A stretch of 64,000 nt of DNA. It comes from Alphaproteobacteria bacterium (GTDB lineage Bacteria; Pseudomonadota; Alphaproteobacteria; Bin95). The stretch covers positions 1,152,001 through 1,216,000 of the forward strand of contig OZ219786.1 of NCBI GenBank assembly GCA_964291285.2, given 5' to 3'. Position numbers and translations under genes: made by a program. The notes beneath the pieces are model-generated. The model was not told the origin of the DNA. It did no database searches and worked only from the letters and a program-made list of their open reading frames with translations. Shown here in pieces: positions 20,844 to 31,149 of the stretch; position 1 is the stretch's first letter, and every line of letters starts with the position of its first letter.

Positions 20844-21308
20844 CTACCCCGCCCTCAGATCCGCGACCCTGGCGCCGGCGGCATCGCGCAGTCTTTCCGG
20901 CTCGATGGCGAACACGGAAAACGGGCTGCCCGCCGCCGCCCAGACCCGCGCAAACCGGAAGAGGCCCCTGTCCATGAACAGGGCGACGGGCCCCGCATGG
21001 CCGAGAGGGGGCACGCCGCCGATCGCGAATCCGGTCGCGGCGCGCACGAACCCGGCATCCGCCCGGCCGACCTCGGCGCCGACGGCCTCCGACAGCCTGG
21101 CCGTGTCGATCCGGTCGCCGCCGCTGACGACGGCAACCACGGCGCGGTCCCCGGCGCGGAATACCAGCGACTTCGCGATCTCGCCCACCGAGCAGCCGAC
21201 CGCCTCTGCCGCCTCCTCGGCCGTCCGGGTCGAGCCGGGCAGGGTCAGGACCTCGCAATCCAGCGAAAGCGCCTCAAGGGCGGCTTTCACCCGATCCGGC
21301 CCTCGCAT
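20844..21308 (-). CDS. YbaK/EbsC family aminoacyl-tRNA editing protein
   Basis: STRTAEEAA, IAKSLVF, TGFAIGGVPPLGH and VWAAAG. Confidence 0.88.
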   Translation of the reverse strand: MRGPDRVKAALEALSLDCEVLTLPGSTRTAEEAAEAVGCSVGEIAKSLVFRAGDRAVVAVVSGGDRIDTARLSEAVGAEVGRADAGFVRAATGFAIGGVPPLGHAGPVALFMDRGLFRFARVWAAAGSPFSVFAIEPERLRDAAGARVADLRAG

Positions 21309-21336
21309 CTTCGGCATCTCGGCTGCCTGAACGCCG

Positions 21337-21864
21337 TCAGGCGGGCTTTCCGAAGGTGGCGATCCGGTCGATGCGGCAGACGAACAGCACCCGCTTCTCG
21401 TCGATCTCGGGGTCGCGCAGGCCGTAGGGCGGCTCGGCGCCGGTATATTTCGACCAGATCTTGTCGAGCTGCCGCGTGACGCGCTCGCCGCCATCCTCCC
21501 ATTCCCGCAACTCCTCCTCCACGGTGCAGCGGATCTGCACCCAGTGATAGGGATTGTCGGGGTTGACGATGAGCACCGTCATTTCGGGATTGGCGCGTAT
21601 CCAGCCGCATTTGGAGCGGTGGGACGCGGTGTTCACCAGGATCCTGTCACCCTCATAGTCGAACCACATCGGCGTGAGCCCGATGCGGCCGTCCGGCGTC
21701 ATCACGCCGAGCGAGACCGTGATCGGCCGGTCGAGCAGGTCCCTGTGGATGGGGTCGAGATCGTCGAGGCTGCTTGCCTTGCGCCGCTCGCCGACGGCGA
21801 ACTGGCCCGCCTGCAGGCCGTCCGCGACATCCCTGAATTTCGTGATCGTGAACCCGTCCGCCAT
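21337..21864 (-). CDS. Pyridoxamine 5'-phosphate oxidase (PPOX)-like split-barrel protein
   Basis: PDGRIGLTPMWFDY, NTA..R.K...IRANP and PDNPYHW. Confidence 0.75.
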   Translation of the reverse strand: MADGFTITKFRDVADGLQAGQFAVGERRKASSLDDLDPIHRDLLDRPITVSLGVMTPDGRIGLTPMWFDYEGDRILVNTASHRSKCGWIRANPEMTVLIVNPDNPYHWVQIRCTVEEELREWEDGGERVTRQLDKIWSKYTGAEPPYGLRDPEIDEKRVLFVCRIDRIATFGKPA

Positions 21865-21933
21865 GCCCTCTCTCCTTGCCCGGCCGTTGTTCGGGGCGCC
21901 AGTGTGGCGGGCGCGGCGGCGGGCGGCAAGGCG

Positions 21934-22950
21934 TCAGCCGGCCCTGAGGCGCGGCAGCACTTCCCCGGCGAGGCGCTCCATCAGCCGGTCGGGCCGGGTC
22001 CAGGTCGCCTCGTCGCGCCACCAGATCGCGTCGATGTCGAGCGCCGCCAGCGCCCTCACGCGCTCCGCCACCTCTCCGGCCGGCCCGAGCGCGACGCAGG
22101 CCTCGACCGCGGCGTCGGGCACATAGGATGTCACCCGCTTCGCCTCCTCCCAGTCCACCGCATGGCCGAGGTCCGGATAGGGCTCCTCATAGTCCGCCGG
22201 CCGGGCCGGTATCTCTATGCCGGGGAAGAAGACATCCGCATGGCGGTGCCGGCAGAGGCCCGCCGCGCAGGGGCGCATACGGTCGATTGCGCGCTCGCGG
22301 TCGTCGTCGATGCAGGCGGTGACCACGACGATGCGCCGGACGTCCTCTCTGGCACGGCCCGCGGCTGCCATGCCGGCGTCGACCCGCTCCAGCGCCCAGG
22401 CGACGGCCCCGGGCGCGGCGCCGACATGGATGAGCACGCCGTCCGCGATCTCGCCCGCGAGCGCCAGCATCCGGGGGCCGGTCGCGGCGAGCAGGATGGG
22501 CACATGGGCGTAGGCCGGGTCGAGCACGGTCTCCGAGCCGCCCGGATCGGTCGGCCGGCCGCCGAGCAGGCCGCGCCAGAGGGCGGTGGCCTCGCGCATG
22601 CCGGCCAGGGTGGCCGCCTTGCGGCCGATGATATAGGCGGAGCTGAAGCCCGTGCCCGCGACGAGGTCTGCCCGGCCGCCGGATGCGTCATCCAGGGTCG
22701 CGATGGCGCTTGCCGTGGTCAGCGGATGGCGGGTCAGCGGGTTGGTGACGCCGGGACCGAGGCGCATCCGGCCTGTCGAGCCGGCGGCGGCTCCCAGATG
22801 CATATAGACGTCGCGCCAGCGCCCGGCGAGCAGCGGCGTGTCCGGCACCCACATGAAGTCGAAGCCGGCGGCCTCGACCTCGGCGGCATAGGCGGCGGTG
22901 TCCCGGGGCGCGCCCACCGTGGGCACGCGAAGGCCGAATTGCAGTGTCAC
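21934..22950 (-). CDS. LLM-class (luciferase-like) flavin/F420-dependent oxidoreductase
   Basis: GPGVTNPLTRHP, SGGRA and AATGPRMLALAGEIADG. Confidence 0.85.
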   Translation of the reverse strand: MTLQFGLRVPTVGAPRDTAAYAAEVEAAGFDFMWVPDTPLLAGRWRDVYMHLGAAAGSTGRMRLGPGVTNPLTRHPLTTASAIATLDDASGGRADLVAGTGFSSAYIIGRKAATLAGMREATALWRGLLGGRPTDPGGSETVLDPAYAHVPILLAATGPRMLALAGEIADGVLIHVGAAPGAVAWALERVDAGMAAAGRAREDVRRIVVVTACIDDDRERAIDRMRPCAAGLCRHRHADVFFPGIEIPARPADYEEPYPDLGHAVDWEEAKRVTSYVPDAAVEACVALGPAGEVAERVRALAALDIDAIWWRDEATWTRPDRLMERLAGEVLPRLRAG

Positions 22951-23063
22951 GGATTTGCTCCCCCCTCTGCCGCCGCGAGACTCCGAAGGCGGCCTTCTTG
23001 ACCCGGAAGGCCCGGCCGGCGAACACTCCGCCGGATTCCCGCCACGGCTTCAGGATGCACCCC

Positions 23064-23849
23064 ATGACCGCGACCGGCAACAGGCTCGAATGGCACGAAA
23101 CGGAGCGGCATGACGGCGCCTCGGTGCGCGAATTCACCATCCACACGGGCGCGCGGCCGGTGACGGGGGTGCTCTGGTCCGGCGACGGCTCGAAGCCCGG
23201 CGCGCCGCTCGTCTGCTACGGCCACGGCGCTTCCGGCACCCGGCACCAGCGCCCGATCCCCGATATCGCCGCCGGTCTCTGCCGCAGCCACGGTTATTTC
23301 GGCCTGTCCCTCGACGGACCGGTTCACGGCCGCCGCCAGGTTGGCCCCGGCGGGCGCGAGTCCTTCTGGCCGGAATGGCAGCGCGAGGGGACGGCCGACG
23401 ACATGGTGCGCGACTGGCGGCTTGCGCTGGAGACGGTCTCCGGGCTGGAGGAGGTCGGCGCCGGCCCCGTCGGCTATTGGGGCCTGTCGATGGGCACGAT
23501 CTACGGCGCGCCCTTCGTCGCCGCCGAGCCGCGCATTTCGGTCGCCGTGCTGGGGCTGATGGGCCTCGTCTCCGAGCCCGCGCACTACAAGCCGGTCATC
23601 GAGGCGGCGGCGAGGGCGATCACCTGTCCCGTGCTGTTCATCTGGCAGCTCGAGGACAAGCTCTTCACCCGCGAGCAGTGCCTGGCCATGTTCGATGCGC
23701 TCGGCTCCGCCGACAAGCGCCTCCACGCCAATCCCGGCCTGCATCCCGCCGTGCCGCCCGAGGAGCTCGAATTCTGCGGGGCGTTCCTCACCCGCTATCT
23801 CAGCGGCACGCCCCTCGGCCGCGACCCCGTCTTCCGGGTCAGCGAATAG
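23064..23849 (+). CDS. Alpha/beta hydrolase
   Basis: GHG oxyanion region, nucleophile GLSMG, C-terminal NPGLH. Confidence 0.8.
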   Translation: MTATGNRLEWHETERHDGASVREFTIHTGARPVTGVLWSGDGSKPGAPLVCYGHGASGTRHQRPIPDIAAGLCRSHGYFGLSLDGPVHGRRQVGPGGRESFWPEWQREGTADDMVRDWRLALETVSGLEEVGAGPVGYWGLSMGTIYGAPFVAAEPRISVAVLGLMGLVSEPAHYKPVIEAAARAITCPVLFIWQLEDKLFTREQCLAMFDALGSADKRLHANPGLHPAVPPEELEFCGAFLTRYLSGTPLGRDPVFRVSE

Positions 23850-23881
23850 GCGGCGCCCGTGGACCTTGGGCCGGGTGCAGC

Positions 23882-23915
23882 TTGACGCTGCCGTCCCTGC
23901 AGTTAGGTTGAACCT
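23882..23915 (+). promoter_or_regulatory. Putative sigma70 promoter and operator of the TA operon
   Basis: TTGACG-N16-TAGGTT; palindrome AGGTTGAACCT overlaps the -10. Confidence 0.5.
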
Positions 23916-23935
23916 GCGTCTCAAGGTAAGCGGTC

Positions 23936-24199
23936 ATGTCCACCGTCAACATCGGCGAGGCGAGGGCCCGTTTGTCCTCGCTGGTCTCTCGGGCCGAACG
24001 CGGCGAGGAAGTTGTGATTGCCCGTCGGGGCAAGCCGGCCGTTCGTCTTGTGGCCTGTGCCTCGCCCGCGACCGGCAGACCGAAGGGACGCCGGCAACCG
24101 GGCGCCCTGAAGGGCAGGCTCAGGATTCCGGACAGTGCGTTGTTCGATCCTCTGCCGGAAGAAGAACTGAAAGACTGGGAAGGGCGTTCGGAAGACTGA
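23936..24199 (+). CDS. Type II antitoxin, Phd/YefM family
   Basis: VNIGEARARLSSLV...GEEVVIARRGKPAVRL. Confidence 0.9.
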   Translation: MSTVNIGEARARLSSLVSRAERGEEVVIARRGKPAVRLVACASPATGRPKGRRQPGALKGRLRIPDSALFDPLPEEELKDWEGRSED

Positions 24200-24205
24200 C
24201 TGCCG

Positions 24206-24583
24206 GTGCGCATATTATTGGATACCCACGCCTTTCTCTGGTGGTTGACGGACGATGCCCGTTTGTCGGGCGCCGCTCACCGTATGATCGGTGATCGGGC
24301 GAACGACGTAGCGGTGAGCGCCGCTTCCGCTTGGGAAATAGCAACCAAAGCCCGGCTTGGCAGACTTCCGGATATCGGTGTCGATATCGCCGGCTCCATT
24401 GCCGGGGCAGGGTTCGAGCAGATTTCGATCACCGTCGCCGATGCCGAGCGAGCGGGGCGGCTGCCGGGTCCGCATCGCGATCCGTTCGACCGGATGCCCA
24501 TCGCGCAGGCCATGGGCCGCGACATTCCGATTGTGTCCATCGACGCCGTATTCGACCGCTACGAAGTCCGTCGCCTCTGGTAA
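24206..24583 (+). CDS. Type II toxin, VapC/PIN family
   Basis: LLDTHAFLWW, SAASAWEI and HRDPFDR. Confidence 0.9.
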   Translation: MRILLDTHAFLWWLTDDARLSGAAHRMIGDRANDVAVSAASAWEIATKARLGRLPDIGVDIAGSIAGAGFEQISITVADAERAGRLPGPHRDPFDRMPIAQAMGRDIPIVSIDAVFDRYEVRRLW

Positions 24584-24679
24584 ACGGTTCGATCTCCCCG
24601 GGGCGGCATTGGCAAAGGGTCCGCTGCCGGACTAGGATTCCTTGAGCGACGAAGAGCCGGAAGGCCGGGGGCAAGCGCG

Positions 24680-26953
24680 ATGGTTGACAACGACACGCTC
24701 GGGCGCGAGGCGCTGCGGATGCACGCCGCCGGGCGGCCCGGCAAGGTTGAGGTGACGCCGACCAAGCCGCTCACCACCCAGTACCAGCTCTCGCTCGCCT
24801 ATTCGCCGGGCGTGGCCGCGCCCTGCCTCGAGATCGAGAAGGACCCGGGCCTTGCCTACGACTACACCGCCAAGGGCAACATGGTGGCGGTGATCTCGAA
24901 CGGCACCGCCGTGCTCGGCCTCGGCAATATCGGCGCGCTCGCCTCCAAGCCCGTCATGGAAGGAAAGGCGGTTCTCTTCAAGCGCTTCGCCGACGTGGAC
25001 GGCATCGACCTGGAGGTGGACACCGAAGACGTCGACGCCTTCATCGAATGCGTGCGCTACCTCGGCAAGAGCTTCGGCGGCATCAACCTGGAGGACATCA
25101 AGGCGCCCGAATGCTTCATCGTCGAGGAGCGCCTGCGCGAACTGCTCGACATCCCGGTCTTCCACGACGACCAGCACGGCACGGCGATCATCTCCGCCGC
25201 CGGCCTCATCAACGCGCTGCACCTGACGGGACGGCGCATCCGGGACTGCCGCATGGTGGTGAACGGCGCGGGCGCGTCCGGCATCGCCTGCGTGGACCTG
25301 TTCAAGGCGCTCGGCCTGCCGGCGGAAAACGTCGTGCTCTGCGACACGCGCGGCGTCATCTACCGCGGCCGCACCGAAGGCATGAACCAGTGGAAGTCGG
25401 CGCATGCGGTCGAGACGCCGATGCGTACGCTCGAAGAGGCGATGAAGGGCGCCGACATTGCGTTCGGCCTCTCGGTCAAGGGCGCCTTCACCCGCGAGAT
25501 GGTCGCGTCGATGGCGGACAAGCCGATCATCTTCGCGCTCGCCAATCCCGATCCCGAAATCACGCCGGAAGAGGTGCGCGAGGTGCGCGACGACGCGATC
25601 GTCTGCACCGGGCGGTCGGACTACCCGAACCAGGTCAACAATGTGCTGGGCTTCCCCTACATCTTCCGGGGCGCGCTGGATGTGCGCGCGACGACCGTCA
25701 ACGACGCGATGAAGATCGCCGCGGCGGATGCGCTGGCGGCGCTCGCGCGGGAGGACGTGCCCGACGAGGCGGCGGCGGCCTATCCCGGCAAGCGCCTGCA
25801 ATACGGGCCCGACTATGTCATTCCCGTTCCCTTCGACCCGCGCCTGATCGTCAATGTGCCGGAGGCGGTGGCGCGCGCCGCCATCGACACGGGCGTGGCG
25901 CAGAAGCCGATCGAGGACTGGCCCGCCTACCGGGCTGCGCTCGCCGCCCGCCTCGATTCCACCTCGGGCAGCCTCCAGCGCATCTATGCCGAAGTGCAGG
26001 CCGCGCCGCGCCGCGTCGTGTTCGCCGAGGGCGAGGAGGAGCGCGCCATCCGCGCCGCGCTCGCCTTCCGCGCGCAAGGCTTCGGCACGCCGGTGCTGGT
26101 CGGGCGCGAGACCATTATCCGGGGCCAGATGGAGCGGCTCGGCATCGCTTCCGGCGAACCGCTGGAAATCCATAACGCCGCCCTCTCGGAAGACAACGCG
26201 CAATACATCGCCATGCTCTATGAGCGGCTCCAGCGCCAGGGCCACCTGCAGCGCGACGTGCAGCGCATGGTGCATCAGGACCGCAATTGCTTCGCCGCCT
26301 GCATGGTGGCGGCCGGAGCGGCCGACGCCATGGTGACCGGCCTCACCCGGTCCTTCCAGGTGAGCTTCGGCGGCGTGCGCCATGTGTTGCCGCCCACCGC
26401 CGATTCGACGCCCTGCGGGGTGACGCTCTATGTGAGCCGCAACCAGACCGTTTTCGTCGCCGATACCACGGTGAACGAGCGGCCGGGGCCGGAACAGCTT
26501 GCCGACATCGCGGCGGCGGCGGCCGGCATGGCGCGAAACATGGGCGCGGAGCCGCGCGTCGCCCTGCTCTCCTTCTCCAATTTCGGCAATCCGCCCTTCG
26601 GCGAGGCGGCCCATGTGCGCGAGGCGGTGTCCGTGCTCGACGCCCGCGGCGTCGATTTCGAGTATGAGGGCGAGATGTCGGCGGACGCCGCGCTCGACGA
26701 GGAGCTGATGCGCCAGCTCTATCCCTTCGCGCGGCTTTCCGGGCCGGCCAACGTGCTCGTCATGCCGAGCCTGCACGCCGCCAACATCTCGGCCAAGATG
26801 CTGCAGATGCTGGGGGGCGGGGCCGTGATCGGCCCGGTGCTGCTCGGGCTTTCCAAGCCGGTCCAGATCGTCCAGATGGGCGCCAAGGTCTCCGAGGTCG
26901 TCAACATGGCCGTCTTCGCCGCCCACGCGGCGGGGAACAACCGGCGTCAGTAA
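24680..26953 (+). CDS. maeB: NADP-dependent malic enzyme fused to a phosphotransacetylase-like domain
   Basis: LSLAYSPGVA, VISNGTAVLGLG, FHDDQHGT and GRSDYPNQVNN; C-terminal PTA-like domain; 757 aa. Confidence 0.93.
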   Translation: MVDNDTLGREALRMHAAGRPGKVEVTPTKPLTTQYQLSLAYSPGVAAPCLEIEKDPGLAYDYTAKGNMVAVISNGTAVLGLGNIGALASKPVMEGKAVLFKRFADVDGIDLEVDTEDVDAFIECVRYLGKSFGGINLEDIKAPECFIVEERLRELLDIPVFHDDQHGTAIISAAGLINALHLTGRRIRDCRMVVNGAGASGIACVDLFKALGLPAENVVLCDTRGVIYRGRTEGMNQWKSAHAVETPMRTLEEAMKGADIAFGLSVKGAFTREMVASMADKPIIFALANPDPEITPEEVREVRDDAIVCTGRSDYPNQVNNVLGFPYIFRGALDVRATTVNDAMKIAAADALAALAREDVPDEAAAAYPGKRLQYGPDYVIPVPFDPRLIVNVPEAVARAAIDTGVAQKPIEDWPAYRAALAARLDSTSGSLQRIYAEVQAAPRRVVFAEGEEERAIRAALAFRAQGFGTPVLVGRETIIRGQMERLGIASGEPLEIHNAALSEDNAQYIAMLYERLQRQGHLQRDVQRMVHQDRNCFAACMVAAGAADAMVTGLTRSFQVSFGGVRHVLPPTADSTPCGVTLYVSRNQTVFVADTTVNERPGPEQLADIAAAAAGMARNMGAEPRVALLSFSNFGNPPFGEAAHVREAVSVLDARGVDFEYEGEMSADAALDEELMRQLYPFARLSGPANVLVMPSLHAANISAKMLQMLGGGAVIGPVLLGLSKPVQIVQMGAKVSEVVNMAVFAAHAAGNNRRQ

Positions 26954-27615
26954 CCCCGCCCCGGCAGCGTCTCGTGCAGGGGGCGCACGCGGGGGTCCAG
27001 TTGCCGCTCGGTATAGTAGTCGCCCGCGGGCTTCCAGGCGTCGAACACGCGCCTGAGTTCGCCCACCGGCTCCTCGTGGATATCGACGCGCAGATCGACG
27101 AGGGGGAAGTCGTGCGCGCCCCAGGTGACGAGGGCCGCCGAGTTCTGCCCGCCATGCTGGCCGCCGGCGTCGCGGCCGGCTTCGAGCGCGGCGAGCAGGC
27201 GTTCCGCGAGCGTGCCGCCCTGGAAGCCTCCCTCTATGGCGTCGAGCACATGCTCGCCGGTCAGCACGTTGCCGAGCGCGATCAGCCCGTCGCGCAGATG
27301 GTGGCCGGCGAAGTCCCGGTTCTCCCCGCCGGTGCGCGCGGCCGCCCGGCCTTCCGCATCGATAATCCCCAATTGCCGGTATTCGGGGTGCGGGTCGGCG
27401 GCGACGAGCGCATCGACCGCCGCCTGGGCCGGGCACCCGTTGGCCAGCAGGTCCTGCGCCAGCCGGCCGAGGCGGTAATCGGCAATCGCCATGATGGCGA
27501 CCGCGCCGAGGCGCGAGACATGCGGCACACGCACCCCGACCGCAAGCGAGCGCGTCGCCGTCGCGATGCCGAGTTCGCCCGTGGCCGCGTCGCGCGCAAT
27601 GCAGGTGAAGGTCAT
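26947..27615 (-). CDS. DUF1028 (Ntn-hydrolase-like) protein
   Basis: MTFTCIARD...GELGIA, RQLGIID and DLRVD...PV.ELRR. Confidence 0.8.
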   Translation of the reverse strand: MTFTCIARDAATGELGIATATRSLAVGVRVPHVSRLGAVAIMAIADYRLGRLAQDLLANGCPAQAAVDALVAADPHPEYRQLGIIDAEGRAAARTGGENRDFAGHHLRDGLIALGNVLTGEHVLDAIEGGFQGGTLAERLLAALEAGRDAGGQHGGQNSAALVTWGAHDFPLVDLRVDIHEEPVGELRRVFDAWKPAGDYYTERQLDPRVRPLHETLPGRGY

Positions 27616-27653
27616 CGGTTTCCCCTCCTGTTCCGCCCCGGCGAACGGGTCTG

Positions 27654-28841
27654 TTAACGCAGGCCGCCGAAGAAGGACGAAATGTCGGCGGCGAGCCGGT
27701 CCGGGTCTTCCAGGGCCGCGAAATGGCCGCCGCTGTCCCTGATCGTCCAGCGCCGGATGTTGGTGTACATGGTCTCGGCGAGCGAGCGCGGCGGGGTCAG
27801 GATCTCGAAAGGATGCTCGACATAGGCGGTGGGCACCGTCACCGGTTCGTCTTCCGATATGATCCAGGGCTCCCGAGTCCGCTGGTAGTAGGGCCATGCC
27901 GAGGAGCCGATCGCGCCGGTGATCCAGTAGATCATGATGTTCGTGAGCAGCGTGTCGCGGCCGAAACAGGCATCGACATCGCCGCCGCAATCGCTCCAGG
28001 AGCGCCACTTCTCGACGATCCACGACGCCAGCCCGGCCGGCGAATCGGTGAGCCCGAAGGCGAGGGTCTGCGGCTTGGTCCCCATGATCTGGACATAGCC
28101 GGTCTCTTCGGTGAGCCAGTGCGCCAGCTGCGCCCGGTAGCGCTCCTCCTCCCCGGTCGGCTCGGCGAGTTCGGGCAGGACCCGCGGCAGCGCCATCAGC
28201 GTGATGTGGATGCCCCGCGTCCTGTCGGTGTGGGCGTTGCCGAGATGGGCCGCGACATAGGAGCCGAAATCCTGGCCGTGGGCGAAGAACCGGTCGTGGC
28301 CCAGCACGTCGGTCATCAGCACCGCGAGGATGTCCGTGGCGTCCCTGAGGCCGAAGCGGCGCTGGCCCGGCGTGAAGGAAAATCCGTAACCGGGCAGCGA
28401 CGGCACGACGACGGTGAAGGAGTCTTCCGCGCGGCCGCCAAAGTCCGACGGCCGGGTCAGGCGCGGGATCAGCCTGTGATACTCGTAGAAGGAGCCGGGC
28501 CAGCCGTGGACGAGCAGCAGCGGCGGCGCATCCGGCGCCTCTCCCGGCACATGGGCATAGTGCAGGTCGTGGCCCCCGATGGTGACCTTGCGGTTGTTCA
28601 GCCTGTTGAGCGCCGCCTCCTGGGCCCGCCAGTCATAGTCCTCGGCCCAGTAGGCGCACAGCGCTTCGAGATAGGCGACATCGGTGCCGAACTGCCAGGG
28701 GTCGCCGGGCGCCCGGTCGGGCCAGCGGGTGGCGCGGAGCCGGCGGCGCAGGTCGTCGAGCGCCTCGTCCCCGACGGCGATCTCGAAGGCCCGCGGCGCG
28801 CGCCCGTCCCAGACGAGCGTGCTGTCGTTCTGCGATGACAT
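27654..28841 (-). CDS. Epoxide hydrolase
   Basis: YDWRAQEA.LN, HGWPGSF, PSLPGYGFS and GGHFAALE. Confidence 0.9.
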   Translation of the reverse strand: MSSQNDSTLVWDGRAPRAFEIAVGDEALDDLRRRLRATRWPDRAPGDPWQFGTDVAYLEALCAYWAEDYDWRAQEAALNRLNNRKVTIGGHDLHYAHVPGEAPDAPPLLLVHGWPGSFYEYHRLIPRLTRPSDFGGRAEDSFTVVVPSLPGYGFSFTPGQRRFGLRDATDILAVLMTDVLGHDRFFAHGQDFGSYVAAHLGNAHTDRTRGIHITLMALPRVLPELAEPTGEEERYRAQLAHWLTEETGYVQIMGTKPQTLAFGLTDSPAGLASWIVEKWRSWSDCGGDVDACFGRDTLLTNIMIYWITGAIGSSAWPYYQRTREPWIISEDEPVTVPTAYVEHPFEILTPPRSLAETMYTNIRRWTIRDSGGHFAALEDPDRLAADISSFFGGLR

Positions 28842-28969
28842 GTCCCCTCCGCAATATGCCCCGGCATACTATCCCGCATGTCACGCCGGGGTCACGGCCT
28901 GCACCGCGTCCAGGCCTTCGGTCCATGCAGGTTGGATCGTGCAACAACCTGTTGAAATATAGGAAAAGA

Positions 28970-29044
28970 TGGCTCCGCGGGTAGGATTCGAACCTACGAC
29001 CAATCGGTTAACAGCCGACCGCTCTACCACTGAGCTACCGCGGA
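28970..29044 (-). tRNA. tRNA-Asn (GTT)
   Basis: Reverse complement TCCGCGGTAGCTCAG...CTGTTAA...GGTTCGAATCC...GGAGCCA. Confidence 0.95.
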
Positions 29045-29097
29045 ACAGGCCCGAACGGGCGCCCTTATAGCGGCCCTTTGCGGGCTTGGCGAGGGGC

Positions 29098-29171
29098 TGG
29101 AGGCGCGGACCGGATTCGAACCGGTGTAAGCGGATTTGCAGTCCGATGGATAGCCACTCTCCCACCGCGCC
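29098..29171 (-). tRNA. tRNA-Cys (GCA)
   Basis: Reverse complement GGCGCGGTGGGAGAGTGG...CTGCAAA...GGTTCGAATCC...CCTCCA. Confidence 0.93.
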
Positions 29172-29401
29172 GCCGGGGCTCCCACATAGGCCGGCAGCCG
29201 GGCGCGGTCAATGCGCGCCGGGCGGCGCCCGCCTCGAATGCCGGAACGCGGGACATGCCGGCCATGCCCGCCGACCGGATGCGGCCAAAAACCCCGCAGC
29301 GAAATTTTCTCAAAGTGGAACGGGAGGTTGTGCGTATGTAAGTTACATTATATCATAACATAAGCGGCTCGGCCGGAACCGGATCCTGGGGAGACAAGGC
29401 A

Positions 29402-30406
29402 ATGCAAGATCTGACACTCACCCGACGCAATGTCCTGCTGGGCGGCGCAGCACTGGCCGGCGCATCGGCTGTCGGCCTGACCGCGGGGCGTGCCCTGGCC
29501 AAGGCGCCGATGGCCACCGACCAGGTGCCGTATTTCTACCGCTTCAGGCACGGGTCCATGCAGGGCACGGTGATCTCGGACGGCATCCTGCCGCTCGGCG
29601 ACCCCTCGGGCGCCTTCCTCGGCGTGTCGAAAGAGGAAGTCGGGCAGATGCTCACCAACAACTTCCTCGATCCGCGCAATGTCATCCTGGAGCAGAACAT
29701 TCTGGTGCTGAACACCGGCTCGCACCTCGTGCTGTTCGACACCGGCATGGGCGAATCGCAGATGTTCGGCCCCACGACCGGCAAGATGATGAGCAATCTG
29801 GAAGTGGCCGGCATCGACCCGGCATCGATCGATGCGGTCCTCTGCACGCACGGCCATTGCGACCACGTCTGGGGCATCATGCGCGACGACGGCACGCGCA
29901 ACTTCCCGAATGCGCAGATCTACATCTCGCAGGCGGATTTCGACTTCTGGACCGACGAGGCCAAGCTGTCGATGACCGATCCGGCCTTCATGAAACCCTT
30001 CGTGGAAGGCGCCAGGAAAAACCTGCTGCCGAACCGCGACCGCATCGTGTTCCTGAAGGACGGCGAGGAGTTCCTGCCGGGCATCCAGGCCATGTCGGCG
30101 CCCGGCCACACGGTAGGCCACACCATGTTCCTGCTGACCTCGGAGGGGCAGACGATGGCGGCCATCGGCGATACGACCCATCACCAGGTGCTGCTGATGG
30201 AAAGGCCGCTGATGGAGTTCGCCTACGATACCGATCCGACGCAGTCGGCGCAGACGCGCTACCGGGTGCTCGACATGATCGCCTCCGAGCGGATGCCGCT
30301 GATCGCCTACCACTTCCCGTGGCCCGGCATCGGCAACATCGCGAAGCGCGGCGAGGGCTTCGAATATTTCCCGGCCCCCATGGTGTTGCAGGAACTGCCC
30401 GGCTGA
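29402..30406 (+). CDS. MBL-fold metallo-hydrolase with Tat signal
   Basis: TRRNVL twin-arginine motif; THGHCDH, PGHT and AYHFPWPG. Confidence 0.9.
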   Translation: MQDLTLTRRNVLLGGAALAGASAVGLTAGRALAKAPMATDQVPYFYRFRHGSMQGTVISDGILPLGDPSGAFLGVSKEEVGQMLTNNFLDPRNVILEQNILVLNTGSHLVLFDTGMGESQMFGPTTGKMMSNLEVAGIDPASIDAVLCTHGHCDHVWGIMRDDGTRNFPNAQIYISQADFDFWTDEAKLSMTDPAFMKPFVEGARKNLLPNRDRIVFLKDGEEFLPGIQAMSAPGHTVGHTMFLLTSEGQTMAAIGDTTHHQVLLMERPLMEFAYDTDPTQSAQTRYRVLDMIASERMPLIAYHFPWPGIGNIAKRGEGFEYFPAPMVLQELPG

Positions 30407-30653
30407 CGGTTTCCGTCAGCGACCGGCCGCCGGGTGCTTTTCAGTGTCCGGCGCATTGCAGAGGGCCGGTGTCATCCGGCCCTCTGTCCAGGGGCGTTGC
30501 CTGAACGGCAGCAGTGCTTTCGCAACGCTCACCGCCCGCCTCCCCGCCATGCCGTAACCTGTCACCCGTCTATCCGGTCCGTACCCTTCTGACCCCCCTC
30601 CCGCCGGGGGTTTCCGGGCGTGCGCGGCCTCTTCCGTTCGCTCTTCCTCCTGC

Positions 30654-30733
30654 GAGCAAAACATGAACAATTTCCAATATTTTTGACTTTCGTTCGTATT
30701 TTGATCTTGACATCTGGCGGATTGTGGTATGAT
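30654..30733 (+). promoter_or_regulatory. Putative sigma70 promoter with two LexA-box-like sites
   Basis: GAGC-N7-GAAC (~30654), GTTC-N7-GATC (30692-30706), TTGACA (30707) and TG-n-TATGAT (30725-30733). Confidence 0.45.
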
Positions 30734-30954
30734 GGTCCCCGGGGAAGCGGACTCCGGAGCCGCGTCCCCGGGTGCCGCGCGGCCGGCGGCGCCGCCTTCG
30801 AAAAAATACCCGCAATACCGACGGGAGGGGTGCGCCCTCTGCCTCGCGCGCGCAATCAGGCGTGCGAACCGCGCCGGCGCCGACGCGCAGGCGCAGGTGC
30901 GCACGATACGCGCGAAAAAGGGACCCGCCGCTCCCGGACCGGAAGGAGACAGGA

Positions 30955-31149
30955 ATGACCGCAACCGACCCCCGACCCGCACTGGCGGCGATGCTGGCCG
31001 CCAGGCTCGCGCCCGCCGCCGAAGCCCTCGCCGCTGCCTATGCCGAAGACCTGAACCCGGAGCCCCCGCCCCCCGACGACCGCGCCTGCGCCGAATGCCA
31101 CCGCCCCCTGCCCGACAGCGCCCGAAGCACGGAACATGACAAAACATGA
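30955..31149 (+). CDS. Small hypothetical protein (64 aa, one CxxC)
   Basis: ATG with GGAG/AGGA upstream; no recognisable family. Confidence 0.3.
   Translation: MTATDPRPALAAMLAARLAPAAEALAAAYAEDLNPEPPPPDDRACAECHRPLPDSARSTEHDKT

Noticed and set aside
24480-24510. VapC DPFDRMPIAQA (Pro where Leu is usual) as an inactivating change
   Set aside because: Acidic catalytic residues are intact; a single substitution is not enough evidence
28928-29171. tRNA-Asn/Cys as the attachment site of the island (10-mers TCGTGCAACA and AACCTGTTGA are shared with the integrase upstream region)
   Set aside because: No duplicated tRNA 3' end; the tRNAs point away from the island; the shared bases fall in a probable terminator hairpin and may be chance
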